A DNA stretch of 64,000 nt from Vicugna vicugna (lineage: Eukaryota), in assembly GCA_013265495.1 (NCBI GenBank), contig MU058039.1, forward strand, positions 808,591 through 872,590. The letters are read 5' to 3'. Numbering within the stretch: the first letter of the stretch is position 1; each line of letters starts with the position of its first letter. Positions 23,001 through 35,399 of this stretch are shown here, one piece after another. The translations under genes and the position numbers were made by a program. The notes beneath the pieces are model-generated. The model saw nothing but the letters and a program-made list of their open reading frames with translations, was not told the origin of the DNA and did no database searches.

Positions 23001-25759
23001 TTCTTCCCACAAAGAGGACCTGATGTGTACTGAGATGCAAAATGGTGACAGCTAACTGTTATTAGAAAGAATAGTGCTGGGCACATAATAGATGCTCAAT
23101 AAATACTTATTGACTAATGAAAATACTGAGTCACCATGTGCCAGGCACAGTTCTTTAACGGGGGTTAACTCATTTGATCCTCATAAAGACCCTCTGGGGT
23201 CTTTTCCAGATTAGAGGGAAATTTACACGCCCTCAGCCCCTGGTGGCTGTTTGAAGGTGGGACAAAGTGGACTCACTCATCCAGATGTCTGTACTCAAAT
23301 GGGTCATCTCCTTCTTTCTCCTACTGTCACCCACATTGACTCTACCAAAGGGATCCCCAGAGAGTGAGCTGACCTACTGAGTCACAACACATGCCCAGGC
23401 CTACACACACACCTGGAACAACCCCCACTCCACCCACCCCCGTCCAAAGTTCATGTTCAGGTTTGAGCCCCCACGTGGATGAAAACCCCCATAAATGTCC
23501 TTGTCCACCAGGGGGCTCTCCAGCAGACAGAAGAGGAATTGGAGCCTTCACTTCTGTCACTGGATGCCCCCTGCCTACCCCCTGGTGAGAGAGACCCCCC
23601 TCAAGATTTTCCACACCCATGGTCACTTCTAAACACACACACACACCTCTAGTCTATATCCCTTCCACAATCACCCCCTGCCCCAGCGTCAACAAGAAGG
23701 AGTGGGTCTCTACTTCACATCCAACCTAGAGCAGGTGGCAAGGGGAGTAAGTCAGGGATGCTGCCATCCTCATGCTCACTCTGGCCTCCAAGTCCCTGTA
23801 GTGGCCACGCCATGTCTCCTCCACAGTCAGCTCTGCCCTCCTCCACCTGACCTGCCAGCTCATCTCACAGAATGTCCTTACCACTTTCCTCTCTCACCAC
23901 CCTCACAGATACCCCAATCCACCCTGACACCTGCTCCCCACACTCCTAGCCTCAGACGCCCTGGCTCACTCCTGCCCCACCCCAGAACTCTTGCATCAGT
24001 TTGGTCAGCTTGGAGCCTGAAGTAGAGCCATCACCTCCCTGGAGGCCCTAGTCCACCAGCAAGATTTGACGCACAGACACAAGCTGACACTTGGAGAGGG
24101 GCCTCTCTTCCTTTCCTTACCCCTTCACAGATCCCTCTCCCACACTGGAGCCTCCCGCCCAAATAATCCTCCTATCCCCCCCGGCGCAGAGCCCAGCGTA
24201 GAAACTGGGCCACAAAGTGAAACCAATATATTGCTACTACTAATAATCACTGCATTTAGTCAGGTCAGGCTCTGTACTGAGTGCTTTACAAACAGCGCAA
24301 CAGCCCCATGAGGTAATAGGATTCCCCCACTCACAGGAGGTAACACTGAGGTGAGAGGGGGGCACGGATTAGAGGCGCAAGATGGGGTTTGAAGGCAGGC
24401 AATCCTCAGGGCTGCACCCTCTGCCTCCCACTCCCCAGAGGATTTGACTCTCACATTGTCTCAGGAGCGCAACCCTGCTCTTGCCCCTGCAGACCCCGCG
24501 GAAGGTAGGAGCAAAGAAGGGTGCTGGCATGCCCACGCCCATGCCTCCAAGGCCCTCCAATGGCTGCCCCACACCTCCTCCAAAAGGTCTGGGCCTGGGT
24601 CAGAGTGAGGAGTCCTGGATGCCTATAGATCCACCAATCTGCACCGGAAGCCCGTCCCAGGCACTTTAGGGGTGTCCCTCCTAGGGGAGGCACGTCTGTG
24701 TGGGACACTTAGAGGGAGAGGAGAGCAGAAGGTATCACCGTCACTCACCACCTCATACAGACCCCAGCCCCATACACGCCCTCCAAGCCCTCTTCGCTCA
24801 CGCAAAGCCACACGTGTAGGCGTGTGCCTTTAACTCCTGCCCCCCTCCTCCCCCAACTTCTCACCAGAAACCAGAAGAAGCTAGGGGCCTTAGGTCTAGC
24901 TACCTGGCACAGGCCTTCTGGAAGGCAGGGTCGGCGGGGGGAGGGGCGCTCCCAGGCCCCTCTCCCCATCCCACCCCCCTACCCCAGCACACGTTGCTCA
25001 AGGTCAAGGCGGCGAATGCAAGGGGTTGGGGGAAGGGTGGGGGAGGTCGCCCCGGCCCCTTTGTGAGGCGCCGCCGGCGTTCGCCCCCCTCCTTCTCCCC
25101 CCAGATCCCAACCCAGGCCGGGGAGGAGGGGGAGGGGAGTGCCGCGCACGCCAGCCAGGGAAGGAGGGCGGGAGCGGTCGCCCGCCTGTCACTCCCAGCC
25201 CGCTGTCACCGCCTGAGGAAGGGGGGTGGGGAGTGCTGGGACCCAGGAGTTCGGGATCCCGAAGAAAGAGCGAGAGAGATAGAAAGAGAGGGAAGAAGAG
25301 AAGTGGAGAGAGCAAGGGATTGTTAGGCGATGGGAGGACCAGGAGAGAGCTAGGTTTGAACCCAGGCGACCAGAATCCCAGCCACTGGGCCCAGGAGGAA
25401 GCTAACGCTCAGAGGAGGCAAGCCAACTGGGAGAAAGGGAGGGAATCCCCGGAGATTGAGGGCGCTCCCAGCACCATCTCCCGAGGCATATGGTCCCCAA
25501 GGGGATGAGAGATGCTTTCCTTAGATGTGTATGGGCGGGGAGCGGGAGGGATCCCACGATCTATGCTGACCCGGGCGTCTGGACTTTAGGTCCTGAAGAC
25601 CCAGAAAGAAAAACGGGGAGACAGTAGGGATCGAACCCGGGACCCCCGACGTCTCAGCTCCCACCCCGCAACCGAGGTCCCCAGAGAAAGAGAAGGAAAG
25701 AGAGGAAGATGCTTTGATGTGAGAGGAAAGGATGGTGAGGACCCTGGAGACTGAGGTCT

Positions 25760-26470
25760 GGACTTAGGCGTTTGTGCTCGCAGCCCCATGCAGGGGCAGG
25801 CCCAGCGCCCCGAGAGACTCGGAGGAGGAGAGAGGGAGGAGGAGGAGAGGGAAGCCCCTACCCCCACTCTGGGTGGGGAAACGGCCTCCGCCACCCCCCA
25901 GCCCGCGCCACATTCCTTCACTGACAGCGACAAAGAAGAGGCGCCCCCGCGACCCTGGAGGGGCTCCCGCCCCCAACCCCAGAGGGTGACAGGGGGTGGC
26001 GAGCCCCCCAGGGGCGGGGGCGCTCACTGGGGGCCCCATTCAACTACCATCGGCGTGCTGCGTCCCCCTCCCCAGCGAGGGCGGGGGAAGGGCTGGGGTA
26101 GGGGGCGGGATGGAGGGACGTGGACGGCGGGGACACTCACGACTTGAGCGGGTTCTGAATGGCGGTGGCCATGACCCGCTCGACTGGGCCGCCTCCGGCC
26201 CGGGGCGCCGCTGCCGCCGCGCGCGGGCCCAGCCCGGCCTGCGCCGCCCGCTCTGCCGCCCAGCGCGCTACGATTTCATTCATTCTTGGGGCTGCGGCGC
26301 GAGCGGAGCGGGGCGGGCCGGGGGCGGGGCTCGGCCAATCCCCGCACCTCCCGGCGCACGACGGGACGTGGAGTCTAGGGGCGCGCGGCGGCGCCCGAGG
26401 GTGCCCCTGTCCGGACTACACGTCCCAGGGGGCGTCGGGAGGATCGCGCGCCCATTGGCTACTGAGGATA
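25760..26470. promoter_or_regulatory. DPF1: CpG island / DPF1 distal promoter
   Basis: Dense CpG with GC boxes. CCAAT at 26335-26339, ATTGG at 26454-26458, and SBS-like GGACTACACGTCCCAG at 26413-26428. Confidence 0.8.
26141..26172 (-). CDS. DPF1: DPF1 distal alternative first coding exon (MATAIQNPLKS)
   Basis: gtcATGgcc...aag tc|gtgagt, a phase-2 donor compatible with exon 2. Matches the recalled rodent neuro-d4 N-terminus and resembles DPF3 MATVIHNPLKA. Would give 388 aa. Confidence 0.9.
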
Positions 26471-27089
26471 CAGGGCGGGGCTGGGCTCCCTCCAGAGCAT
26501 CCTTTCCTCCTCCCTGGGGGTGCTCCATCCCCAGCTGGGGCTCTTCATCCTCCAGGCACCGTGGGCGGAGGAGCAGATTATCTCTGGCTTCTGGGTCTCC
26601 CCAGGGTATGTGTATGACCCCAAGGTCTGTCGGGTATTCTTGTCCATGCCTCCTTGTCTGGGTGTCTCTTCTGTGTAAGCCAGCCTGTAAACAAGCACAA
26701 GGGTTAATCAAGCCTTTGTTCACTTACTTAAGTGCCTGCCCGGCATTCTTCTAGGCACTGGGGATTCAGCGTGACCAACAGACAAAGTCGTTGCCCTCAA
26801 GGAGCTAACCTTTTGGTGGAGAAAAACGGATGATAAACAAGCAAATAAACAGACAAGATCCTTTTAGAGAGTGATAAGTGCCGTAGAGAAAGTGGCTTCT
26901 CTGAGGTGACATTTGAACTGAGGCCTGAGGAATTGCCAAGCATGTGCTAGGAGGGGAGGGGAGAAGAGCTTGGCAAAGTCAAAGATCAGTAAGAAAGCTA
27001 GCGTAGTTAGAGCAGAGTGAGTGAGCGGGGGTGGGGGGGTGACCTTGTAGGGCATTATAAAGAAAATGAATTTTGTTCTAAGTGCAATC

Positions 27090-27870
27090 AATCATCCTTG
27101 ACGCTCCTTTTTCACACACAGCCCAAGTCCATCAGCAAACCCTGTTATCTCTACCTTCACAGAATAGATCCAGAATCCACCCACCCTTCTCCCTTCATGG
27201 CCTCCATCCTGGTACTGCCCATCATCATCTGCCCCCTGGACAGCCATATCTGTTCTCTCCAAGGCAGCTAGAGTGAGCTATCTAAAACATCACAACGCTC
27301 TCTGGCTTAAAACCTCCAATGGCTTCTTTCACACTTAGAATAAAATTTGAAGTCCTCACTGTGCCCTCAAGGCCCTACTCAAACCCATCCCCAACCCTTA
27401 TCCCATTTCTGACCTTATATTCTTCTTTCCCTTGGCTAACTTTGCTTCAGCCACGGTGGCCTCCTCCCTCCCTGTTCCTGGAACATTCCAGTTCCCACTT
27501 CAGCCACAGGACCTTTGTTCTTGATGTCTAGAATGCTCCTCCCCCAGACACCTGCATGGCTCCACCCCTCACTTTATTCAGGTTTCTGAATAAATGTCAC
27601 CTCCTCAGAGATAATCTCAGCTCAAATAGCACCTCTGTAAACTCTCTGTCCTCTTAAGAGCTTTCTTTTCTCCTAATACTTACCATAGTTTGTCATCATG
27701 TTGTAGACCTATTTAGTAATTTGATTTATGGTCTGCCTCCACTCATTCGAATACCAGCTCTGTGAGGTGGGGATTGTTGTTCCATCCACTGCTGTCTCTC
27801 CAGTGCCTAGAACATGGCCTGAATAATAGCAGGAGCTCAACAATTATTTGTTGAATAAATCAATGAATCA
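27090..27870 (+). mobile_element. L2 LINE 3' fragment
   Basis: Ends in a typical L2 terminus: tctccagtgcctagaaca...gagctcaacaattatttgttgaataaatcaatgaat. Boundaries are approximate. Confidence 0.65.
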
Positions 27871-30219
27871 ATTCGTCATTCTGCTCCGTGTCTCTCCCCA
27901 CTGTCTAGCTCTGCAGAGCATGACAGGAGGGAGAGAGAGTCATGGGGGCTCCAGGCTGTGCCCTCCCACACAGGGACACCTGGACAATCTGAAGCGGGTA
28001 GGGGGTGGGGGTGGGAGGGGGCTGTTGTTTTGTATTAAGGAAACTTTCCCAGCAGAGGGCCTGGAGCTAAAGCTCTGAGGCAAAGGGAAGGAAGAGGTTA
28101 GCAGACATATTCACTCATTTCTGGAGTATCTTGGTTCCCAGCGCTGTGCAGCATTCTGAGGACACAGCAATGCATCTGATGGCTCTGCCCCAGGCTCTGC
28201 CTGAAGCTCATGGTCCAGTAGGGTAATAGACCTATTACCATCCAGTGACAGCCAAGGATGGGGGAAGCCCAGGCAGAGGATCAGGGCCAGGATAGAAGAG
28301 GTGCATGGGGCTGTGGGAGCCCAGAGGAGGCTCCTGACCCAGCCTTTTCCTGACCCTCTGACCTCTCTAGACACGGAGAAAGTTCCTGTTCTGACCTCTT
28401 GGGAACCTGATGCCTGATCTTCCTGTCACCAAGTCTTGGGAACAAACAATGTTCCTGTAAGTCTCAACCTCCGGTCACTTCTCCTAACTTGGAACCCAAA
28501 GATTTGGCCACCAGAGGGCACTGTGACCCCAGTCTTTGTCCCCACAGTTTGCTCCCAAATCCTCAGATCCGAGAGGGACATCCTGGGGGCCGTGGGGCCA
28601 GCCAGTGGAGACACTGACTCTGAGCTTCACAGCCTACTTGGGACCTGTTCACCAGGATCTGAACCCCTCCCTTCAAAGGCTCCTGTGGAATCAATAAGAG
28701 ACCCTCTGTCCCAGAACCCAGGGGGCCCAACTTGGGCCCCTGAGGAAGACACTACTGCAACTCCCCATCCCTCTCTTCCTCACTAATTTTTAGAGGATGC
28801 AGCCCTCCCCAAGCTTCCCTTGGGATGTTCAGACATGACCCTCAGAAGCCTCCTGCCAAAATGTACTGAGGTACAGAGGAGGTGAGGCTAGGGGGTCACA
28901 CAATACCAGGGCAATAACAATAGCAATTAATAATAATAACAATAATACATAAAGGTCCCATTGACTTGTCTCCTGCTGTGTGTCACGACCTGTACTGAGC
29001 TTTGCACAGGTTTGACGTCATTATCACATAGACCAAGCAGGACTCCTCAGCTCAGCGTCAGACTAGGCGACTTGGGCTCGTACAGACAATACCCTCGCCA
29101 AGAAACCCCACCCATCGGGGTGGGGAGAGCTGGGATTTGAACCTGGGTCTCACTCAGAAGTGAAACCTCATGCCATCTCCCTGTGATTCTCTGAGGGGAA
29201 TCTGCTCAGGCCCTCCATGAAAATGCCATCCCAGCCCACCCATGCCTCCCCCCAGGCCTAGGGATCCAGGGTCTCTGAAGGCAGATTCCAGAATCCCAGG
29301 TCTCAGAAGGCAACCCCCAAGTCTTCCTAATGACCACCAAAGCCTGAGAATCAAAGTTTGTGTTTGGGGACAAAGGCAGGAAGGAAAAACAAAATGCAGT
29401 TTCAGGGATGGTTCTCAAGCTCTGGGGTGGGGAGGGGCGATGGGGAGGGGCTTGCTCCAGAGGCCACAGAGCCAGTGGTGGAGCGTGGGGTCCACAGGCC
29501 GACTTCCTGTGTCCTGTGTGGCTCTGCTGGAACTTTTTGGCACTTCAGTTTTCTCATCTGTAAAATGGGAGTACTGGATCCAGCCACACAGGTTCGTGGT
29601 AAGGATGTTCTGGGTTCATGTCAAGCCCTTAGTGCTTGGCACATTTCAGCACACAATAAATATCACCAGTGACCCTCACATCATAAATTCCTGTGGCTGA
29701 AAACCTACTGTGTGCTGTGCCCAGGCTGACGGTTGTGTATATATAATCTCAACAGCCCAGAGAGGGGCAATCTCTGGCTGGAGACCACAAAGAAATCACG
29801 ACGTCTGGACTTGGACTCAGGTGTGCTGAACCCAAAGCATCCTTTCGGCTGCCCGGATGGGGTGGTTATGGGAGGAGTCGCGGTCACAGAATCCTCTTAC
29901 CTCTGCCAGGCACCGCACTAACCGTGTACACCTGTGTGACCCTCACAGCTATCCTGAGAGGAGGGATCCAGTGAGACCACATGAGGTATAAAACCTAGGG
30001 TAAGGAGTCTGGGTTTGATTCTGAGGATGGAGGGAAGCCAGTGGAGGGTTTTAAGCATGATCTCATTCTGTTCTAGAAAGATCTCCATGGCTGCAAGTGT
30101 GGGCCAGATGGTGGGAACAAGGGAGGAGGAGGGAGGCCTGAGAGGAGGCTGTGATGGCTCAGGTGGGAGGATGGGTCAGGGTGGGGCCGAGATGGTGATG
30201 AGAGGCAGCAGAAGGTGGC

Positions 30220-30662
30220 CGCTGTAACTGAAGACCACAAACTTGGCTTAGCTAACAGAAGTCTACACTCTCAGAGCTTTAGAAGCCAGAAGTCGGACAT
30301 CAGTATCACCGGGTTGAAATCAAGGTGTCGGCTGGGCCCTACTCCCTCTGGAGGCTCTGGGGGATACTGTGTTCCTTGCCTCTTCCAGTGTCTGTTCCTT
30401 GGCTTGTGGCCAAGTCCCTTCAATCTTCAAGCCTCCTTCTTCACGTCACCTCCTCCTCTGTGTGTATGCATCTGTTCCTCTGCTTCTCTCTTAGAAGGAG
30501 ACTTATAAGTGATGGTATTTAAGGCCACTTGGAAGTCCAGGATACTCTCTCCATCTCAAGATCCTTGACGTCTCAGGAGCCTTTGATCCTGCAAAGACTC
30601 TTTTTCCTTATAAGGGATGAGGACCTGGTAGCTTTGGGGTGCCATGATTCTGCCTACCACAG
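30220..30662 (-). mobile_element. MaLR LTR (MLT1-like)
   Basis: MLT1 antisense hallmarks: gaccacaaacttggctta...agaagccagaagtc...atcaaggtgtcggc...attctgcctaccaca. Confidence 0.7.
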
Positions 30663-30926
30663 CAGAGCAGGCAGCATTTGTGGCTGGATGATTTATGGAG
30701 CATGAGGGTAAGAGTGTGGAGTGTGAAGAAGGATTCCAACCTCTATGGTCCAAGCTACTGCAGGGATGGAGTCACCATCGCTGAGAAGGGGCTGGAGTGG
30801 GAGAGGCAGGTTGGGGAGAGCCCTGGAGCCTGGCTTCAAAAGTGGAAGCACTGGGTTTGAGATGGACATCGGGCATCCAAGTGGGGCTGCTGGGTAAGCC
30901 TGGAGGTTCAGTTAAAGAGAGAAATT

Positions 30927-31050
30927 GGGGGGGGTATAGCTCAGTAGCAGAGTGTGTGCTTAGCACACATGAGGTCCTGGGTTCAATACCCAGTACCTCC
31001 ATTAAAATAAATAAATAAACCTAATTACCTCTCCCCCCCAAAAAAGAGAG
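30927..31050 (+). mobile_element. tRNA-derived SINE (Vic-1-like)
   Basis: ggggtatagctcagtagcagag...ggttcaatacccagtacctcc, followed by an aaataaacctaattacc tail. Confidence 0.85.
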
Positions 31051-32038
31051 AGAGAGATTTGGGTGCATAAAGTGAGGCTGGATGAGCTCCAGGGAGTGAA
31101 GCAAACCAAGGTGGAGACCTGGGGCTGGCCATCAGTGACAGATCCGGAAGATGAGGAGGAACCTGCAGGGGTACTCGGAGGAAGTCAGCAGGGAGCCTGG
31201 AGGAGACCAGAGAGGGTGACCAGTGTCTCAGGAGCAAAGTGAAGAAAGCATTTCCAGGGACAGGGGTTGTTTGCCAGGCCAATGCAGCCGACGGGTGAAG
31301 TCAGAGGAGGCCTGGGATGTGATTTAGATAAGCACAAGGGAGACCCTGACAAGGGCACATCCGAGGAGCAGGAGATAGAGGCGAGGGTAGAACGGGAACA
31401 TTTGATTGGGAAGGGCGGGAAAGAGAACTGGAGACCTCTCTAGTGAGAAACAGGGTTGTAGCTGGAGAAGGTCAAGACAGATTTGTTTTGTCCTTTGTTT
31501 GAAGAAGGAAGAAGTTACCATAGGTTTGTAAGCCAGCGGCAATGATCAGGTATGAGAAGGAAAGGGGACGGAGGAGCATTGCTGGAGCCATGACGGAGAC
31601 AAGAGAACATGCAGGAAGTCCTCCAGTGGAGGTTGGGCCTGAGGGAGGGCTGATCATGGCGACAGGAGGAGCAGGAGGCGTGGGCGGAGCTGCTGCCAGG
31701 AGACAGGAGACCGAGAACATTCTCTTCTATGGCTTCAGTGAAATAAGCTGGGAGCAGGGATGGGAGAAAAGAAAGAGGACACTCTGGAACAGTCGATGGA
31801 GCGTGAGAGGGTGACCAGACAGCGGGGACATGGCAGGGCGGCCCGGCAGCACCGAGGACACCTTGAGGGGCCAGTCAGAAGCTCAGAGTGAGAACTTGAG
31901 TTTCCTCCCGCTACGCTCCCAGATCAGGGCTCAGGCATGGAGTAAACGCCAAGGTTGGTTTAACCAGGTTGAGAGTTTCCCAAGTGAGAATAACAAATAA
32001 GGGAGGGAGTTAGAGGTGGATCCAAGGGAGCCATTTTG

Positions 32039-32323
32039 CTTTGTTTTGGTTTTTTGGTGAAGGGAGATAATTAGGTTTATTTATCTCCTGGGCTTATATC
32101 CAGAAGGAACCCTACTTCAGGATGACACCTGCACCCCAATGTTCATAGCAGCACTATTTACAATAGCCAAGACATGGAAACAGCCTAAATGTCCATCAAC
32201 AGATGACTGGATAATTAGGTTTATTTATTTATTTATTGTTAGAGAAGGTGCTGAGGATTGAACCCAGGACCTCATGCATGCTAAGCATGCGCTCTACCAC
32301 TTGAGCTATGCTCTCTCCACTAG
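32039..32323 (-). mobile_element. Vic-1-like SINE interrupted by an L1 fragment
   Basis: Antisense A and B boxes. 14-bp TSD AGGGAGCCATTTTG at 32025-32038 and 32324-32337. Confidence 0.88.
32085..32210 (+). mobile_element. Internal L1 ORF2 C-terminal fragment (126 bp)
   Basis: Translates as LLGLYPEGTLLQDDTCTPMFIAALFTIAKTWKQPKCPSTDDW. Flanked by a duplicated ATAATTAGGTTTATTTAT. Confidence 0.9.
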
Positions 32324-32617
32324 AGGGAGCCATTTTGATGGGTAACCACACACTTGTGGGGCTGAAGGACGGTGAAAAGGGAGTCTCATTAATGGGACTG
32401 TAGGTCCCGGCAGAGTTGGGATGCTGGAAGCAGGGTGCGGAGAGGGAGAGGGTGGATAGAGACTGAGAAGCTTGAAACTGAAATTGGAAGGGCCGCAGTT
32501 ATCAGGGGTGGAGGGAGGGCTGCAGTCCGGCAGAGGACCAGCTCACTGGAAGAGAGGCCAAGGGGTCCAAGGAGCATCTACCTGGACATGATGATTGTGT
32601 CAGAAGTCAGTGGTGAT

Positions 32618-32749
32618 GGGGGGGGATGGTATCACTCAAGTGGTAGAGTGTGCTTAGCATGCATGAGGTTCGGGGTTCAATCCCTAGCACCTCCCCTAAG
32701 AATAAATTAAAAAATAAACCTAATTACCTCCTCTCCCTGCCCCCAAAGA
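32618..32749 (+). mobile_element. tRNA-derived SINE (Vic-1-like)
   Basis: ctcaagtggtagagtgtgcttagc...ggttcaatccctag plus tail. Imperfect TSD agaagtcagtggtga / agaagtgagcggtga. Confidence 0.82.
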
Positions 32750-34369
32750 AGAAGTGAGCGGTGAGCCAGGTGGAAAATGTAAGAGTCTATGATCCCCACA
32801 ACAGCAGCCTCTGACTCCAGCGCCCACCCCGTCCAACCCTTGGGAGGTATCTCTAACCAGAAAAGTGGGCTTGGGTTCTACTGGGTGGGTGGTCAGGTTT
32901 GGGAACTAGATTTGCTGCTTCAGCTCCATCAAAGACCCACATGTGAAAGGTAAATTGATAAAGTGAATAGGAAAAAAAAAATGTGGCCTACTCTTGCCAC
33001 TTAGGAGCAGGAGAAAAAAATTTTTTTTTTATCTTTCAAAAGAAAAACAATAAAGTAAAAAATAATCAATTCATTTGCCCCCCAGAAGTCAAGAATTTCT
33101 TTGGCCAAGTCTGAAGTGTGGAGGGGAAAGGTCTTTTTACCCAAGGGGGCTAGATCAACTGGATATGAAAATGAGAATTTAAAAGAAAAAGGAACATCAA
33201 CCCTTACTCAAATCAAACATAAAAATTAACCCAAAATGAATCCTGGACTTGAATGTAACACCTAAAACTATAAACCTTCTAGAAGGAAATAGAGGGAAAA
33301 AATCTTTGTTACCTTGGAGTAGACCAACATGGGGTCTCATGACCTAGGTTTTTCAACAAACAATTGGTTTTAAAGACAAAGAGGGAGGGGGTGCTCTTTG
33401 CTTTTGTGTGCCGGGCACCAGTGTGAACCTAAGCATCCAGCAGAGTCCATGGGCCCCTGTTCGGAATCAAGTTTATAAAGGTGTAAAATGCACAGGACTG
33501 CAAAGGAAACTCATTGTATTAATCCAAAGTTACTTTTAAAAAAAAGTGCTATAGTAATATATGTGCCTTTTAAAGAAAAAGACCTGGCTGCAAACCCAAT
33601 AACTACCATAATTTCTGAGCAGTGCTGAGTAAAACCAGTGTTTCAAGATATCTGCAACCACTGTGATGTGCTATGAAACATCTGTGATTTATTTTGGTGA
33701 CAGAGTCCTAGGTTCTGCCAACAGTACCGTGATTCGTTGCCAACATTCGTAATTTACAGAAATATTTAATGTCAGTTAGCAGTTCGTGAAAACAAAGATG
33801 CCATTTTTTTCCCCACCAAAGGTGATAGACTCCAAGAACTCTGGGCCCCTTGGAGGTCCCAGGACTCCAGCTTAAGAACCCCTGCAGATTAAAAATGCAG
33901 CGTGTACATCTTGTGTAGCTCCTGATTTGAACCAACCCATTTAAAAAGACATTTCTGAGACAACTGGGATATTTAAACAGAGTATGTGTTACAAGATAGT
34001 GAGGAAATATTGTTAAGTGTTTGGTCTGATAATGGCATTGTGGTTACGATTTTTGTAAAGTCATTATTTGGTTGAGATAGATAATGAAGTGTTTGAGATA
34101 GATAATTACAGGCAGGGTTGGTTGTGTGTGTGTGTGTGTGTGTGGCTTAAACTTAGGGTTCGTTTTAAAGTCTTACAACTAGAGGGGAGTGAGGGAACTT
34201 TCTGAGGTGATGGCGATGTTCTATTTCTTAATAAAGATTGGGGTTACACAGGTATAAGCAGTTGTCAAAATCCATGGAACTGCACACTTAAGGTTTTACA
34301 TTTCTCAGTGTACAAATTTTACCTTAAAAATAAGTAAATAAATCTTGAACTCTAGGTAATGGGATGCAT

Positions 34370-34806
34370 GTAAGTTTCCCAGGGCTACCATAACAAAATA
34401 CCACAAACTGGGTGGCTTAAAACAACAGAAATTTACTCTCTCATGGTCCTAGAGGCTAGAAGTCTGAAATCAAGGTGTTCACTGGGCCATGCTCTCTCGA
34501 AGCTTCTAGAAGAGGATCCTTCCTTGCCTCTTTCAAGCTTCTGGTCCATCCCAGGAGTCCCTTGGCTTGTGGTTGCTTCACTGCAGTCTCTGCCTGTCTT
34601 CACAGGCCTTCTCCCTGTGTCTCTGTGTCTTCGCACGGCTGTCTTCTCATAAGGGCACCAGTCATACTGAGTTAGGAGCCTCTAGCGTGACCTCCTCTTA
34701 ACTAAGTACATCTGCATCTTATTTGGAAATAAGGTCACATTCTACAGTACTGGGGGTTAGAACTTCAACCAGGCTTTTTGGGGGGACAAAATTCAACTCA
34801 TAATCA
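34370..34806 (-). mobile_element. MaLR LTR (MLT1-like)
   Basis: ccataacaaaataccacaaactgggtggcttaaaacaacagaaatttactctctca...ctgggggttagaacttcaac. Confidence 0.8.
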
Positions 34807-35399
34807 TGTGCTTGCTAAGCTCCAGTTCTAACCACCCCTTTGAGTTACTCATCGCTAAGTACTCGCATGTGTATGTGTGACGCCCATGTTAACACACTTC
34901 TGTTTGTTTTTCTCTCGTTAGTCAGTCTTTTGTCTGTCTCATTTATAGGGCTCCAGGCAGAGAATCTTGGACTGGAGAGGGAAAACGATTTCTTTCCTCC
35001 ACTGCAAGTCCAGGGGACTCCTTGAGATGAGAAAGGTTGAAACTAAGAGTCTGGGAAGAGTTCACAGGTCAGAGACCTGGAGAGTAGAGAGCTGCTCAGG
35101 GAGAGGTCAGCAGAGACGCCTCTGAGTAGTCAGCAGGGCGCTGATCAGTGAGGAAACGGCCTATTTCATCTGCACTGTACTATCCTGAAACTACCGGCTA
35201 CCTGAAAGGATTAGAGAACAGCGCCCACACTTACCCAGGGCCCCCAGTAGTGCCTGTCCCCACCAGCCAGACTGGAAAACCTCATCCTTCATGGGGTGGT
35301 GAGTGAAATACTCAGGAAGTTCCTGCCTCCGTAGTGGGAACAATTAGGCTTAGACGGAGCACTGCTCAGAGCCCACCTCAGACAACATGAATGTAAAAC

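Noticed and set aside
25996..26754. 252-aa ORF and other long ORFs over the CpG islands (also 48563-49166, 53905-54694)
   Set aside because: Expected stop-codon depletion in GC-rich DNA. Only the exon segments listed above resemble proteins.
30606..30615. Perfect CArG box CCTTATAAGG
   Set aside because: It is inside an MLT1-like LTR about 18 kb from the PPP1R14A promoter, with no supporting context.
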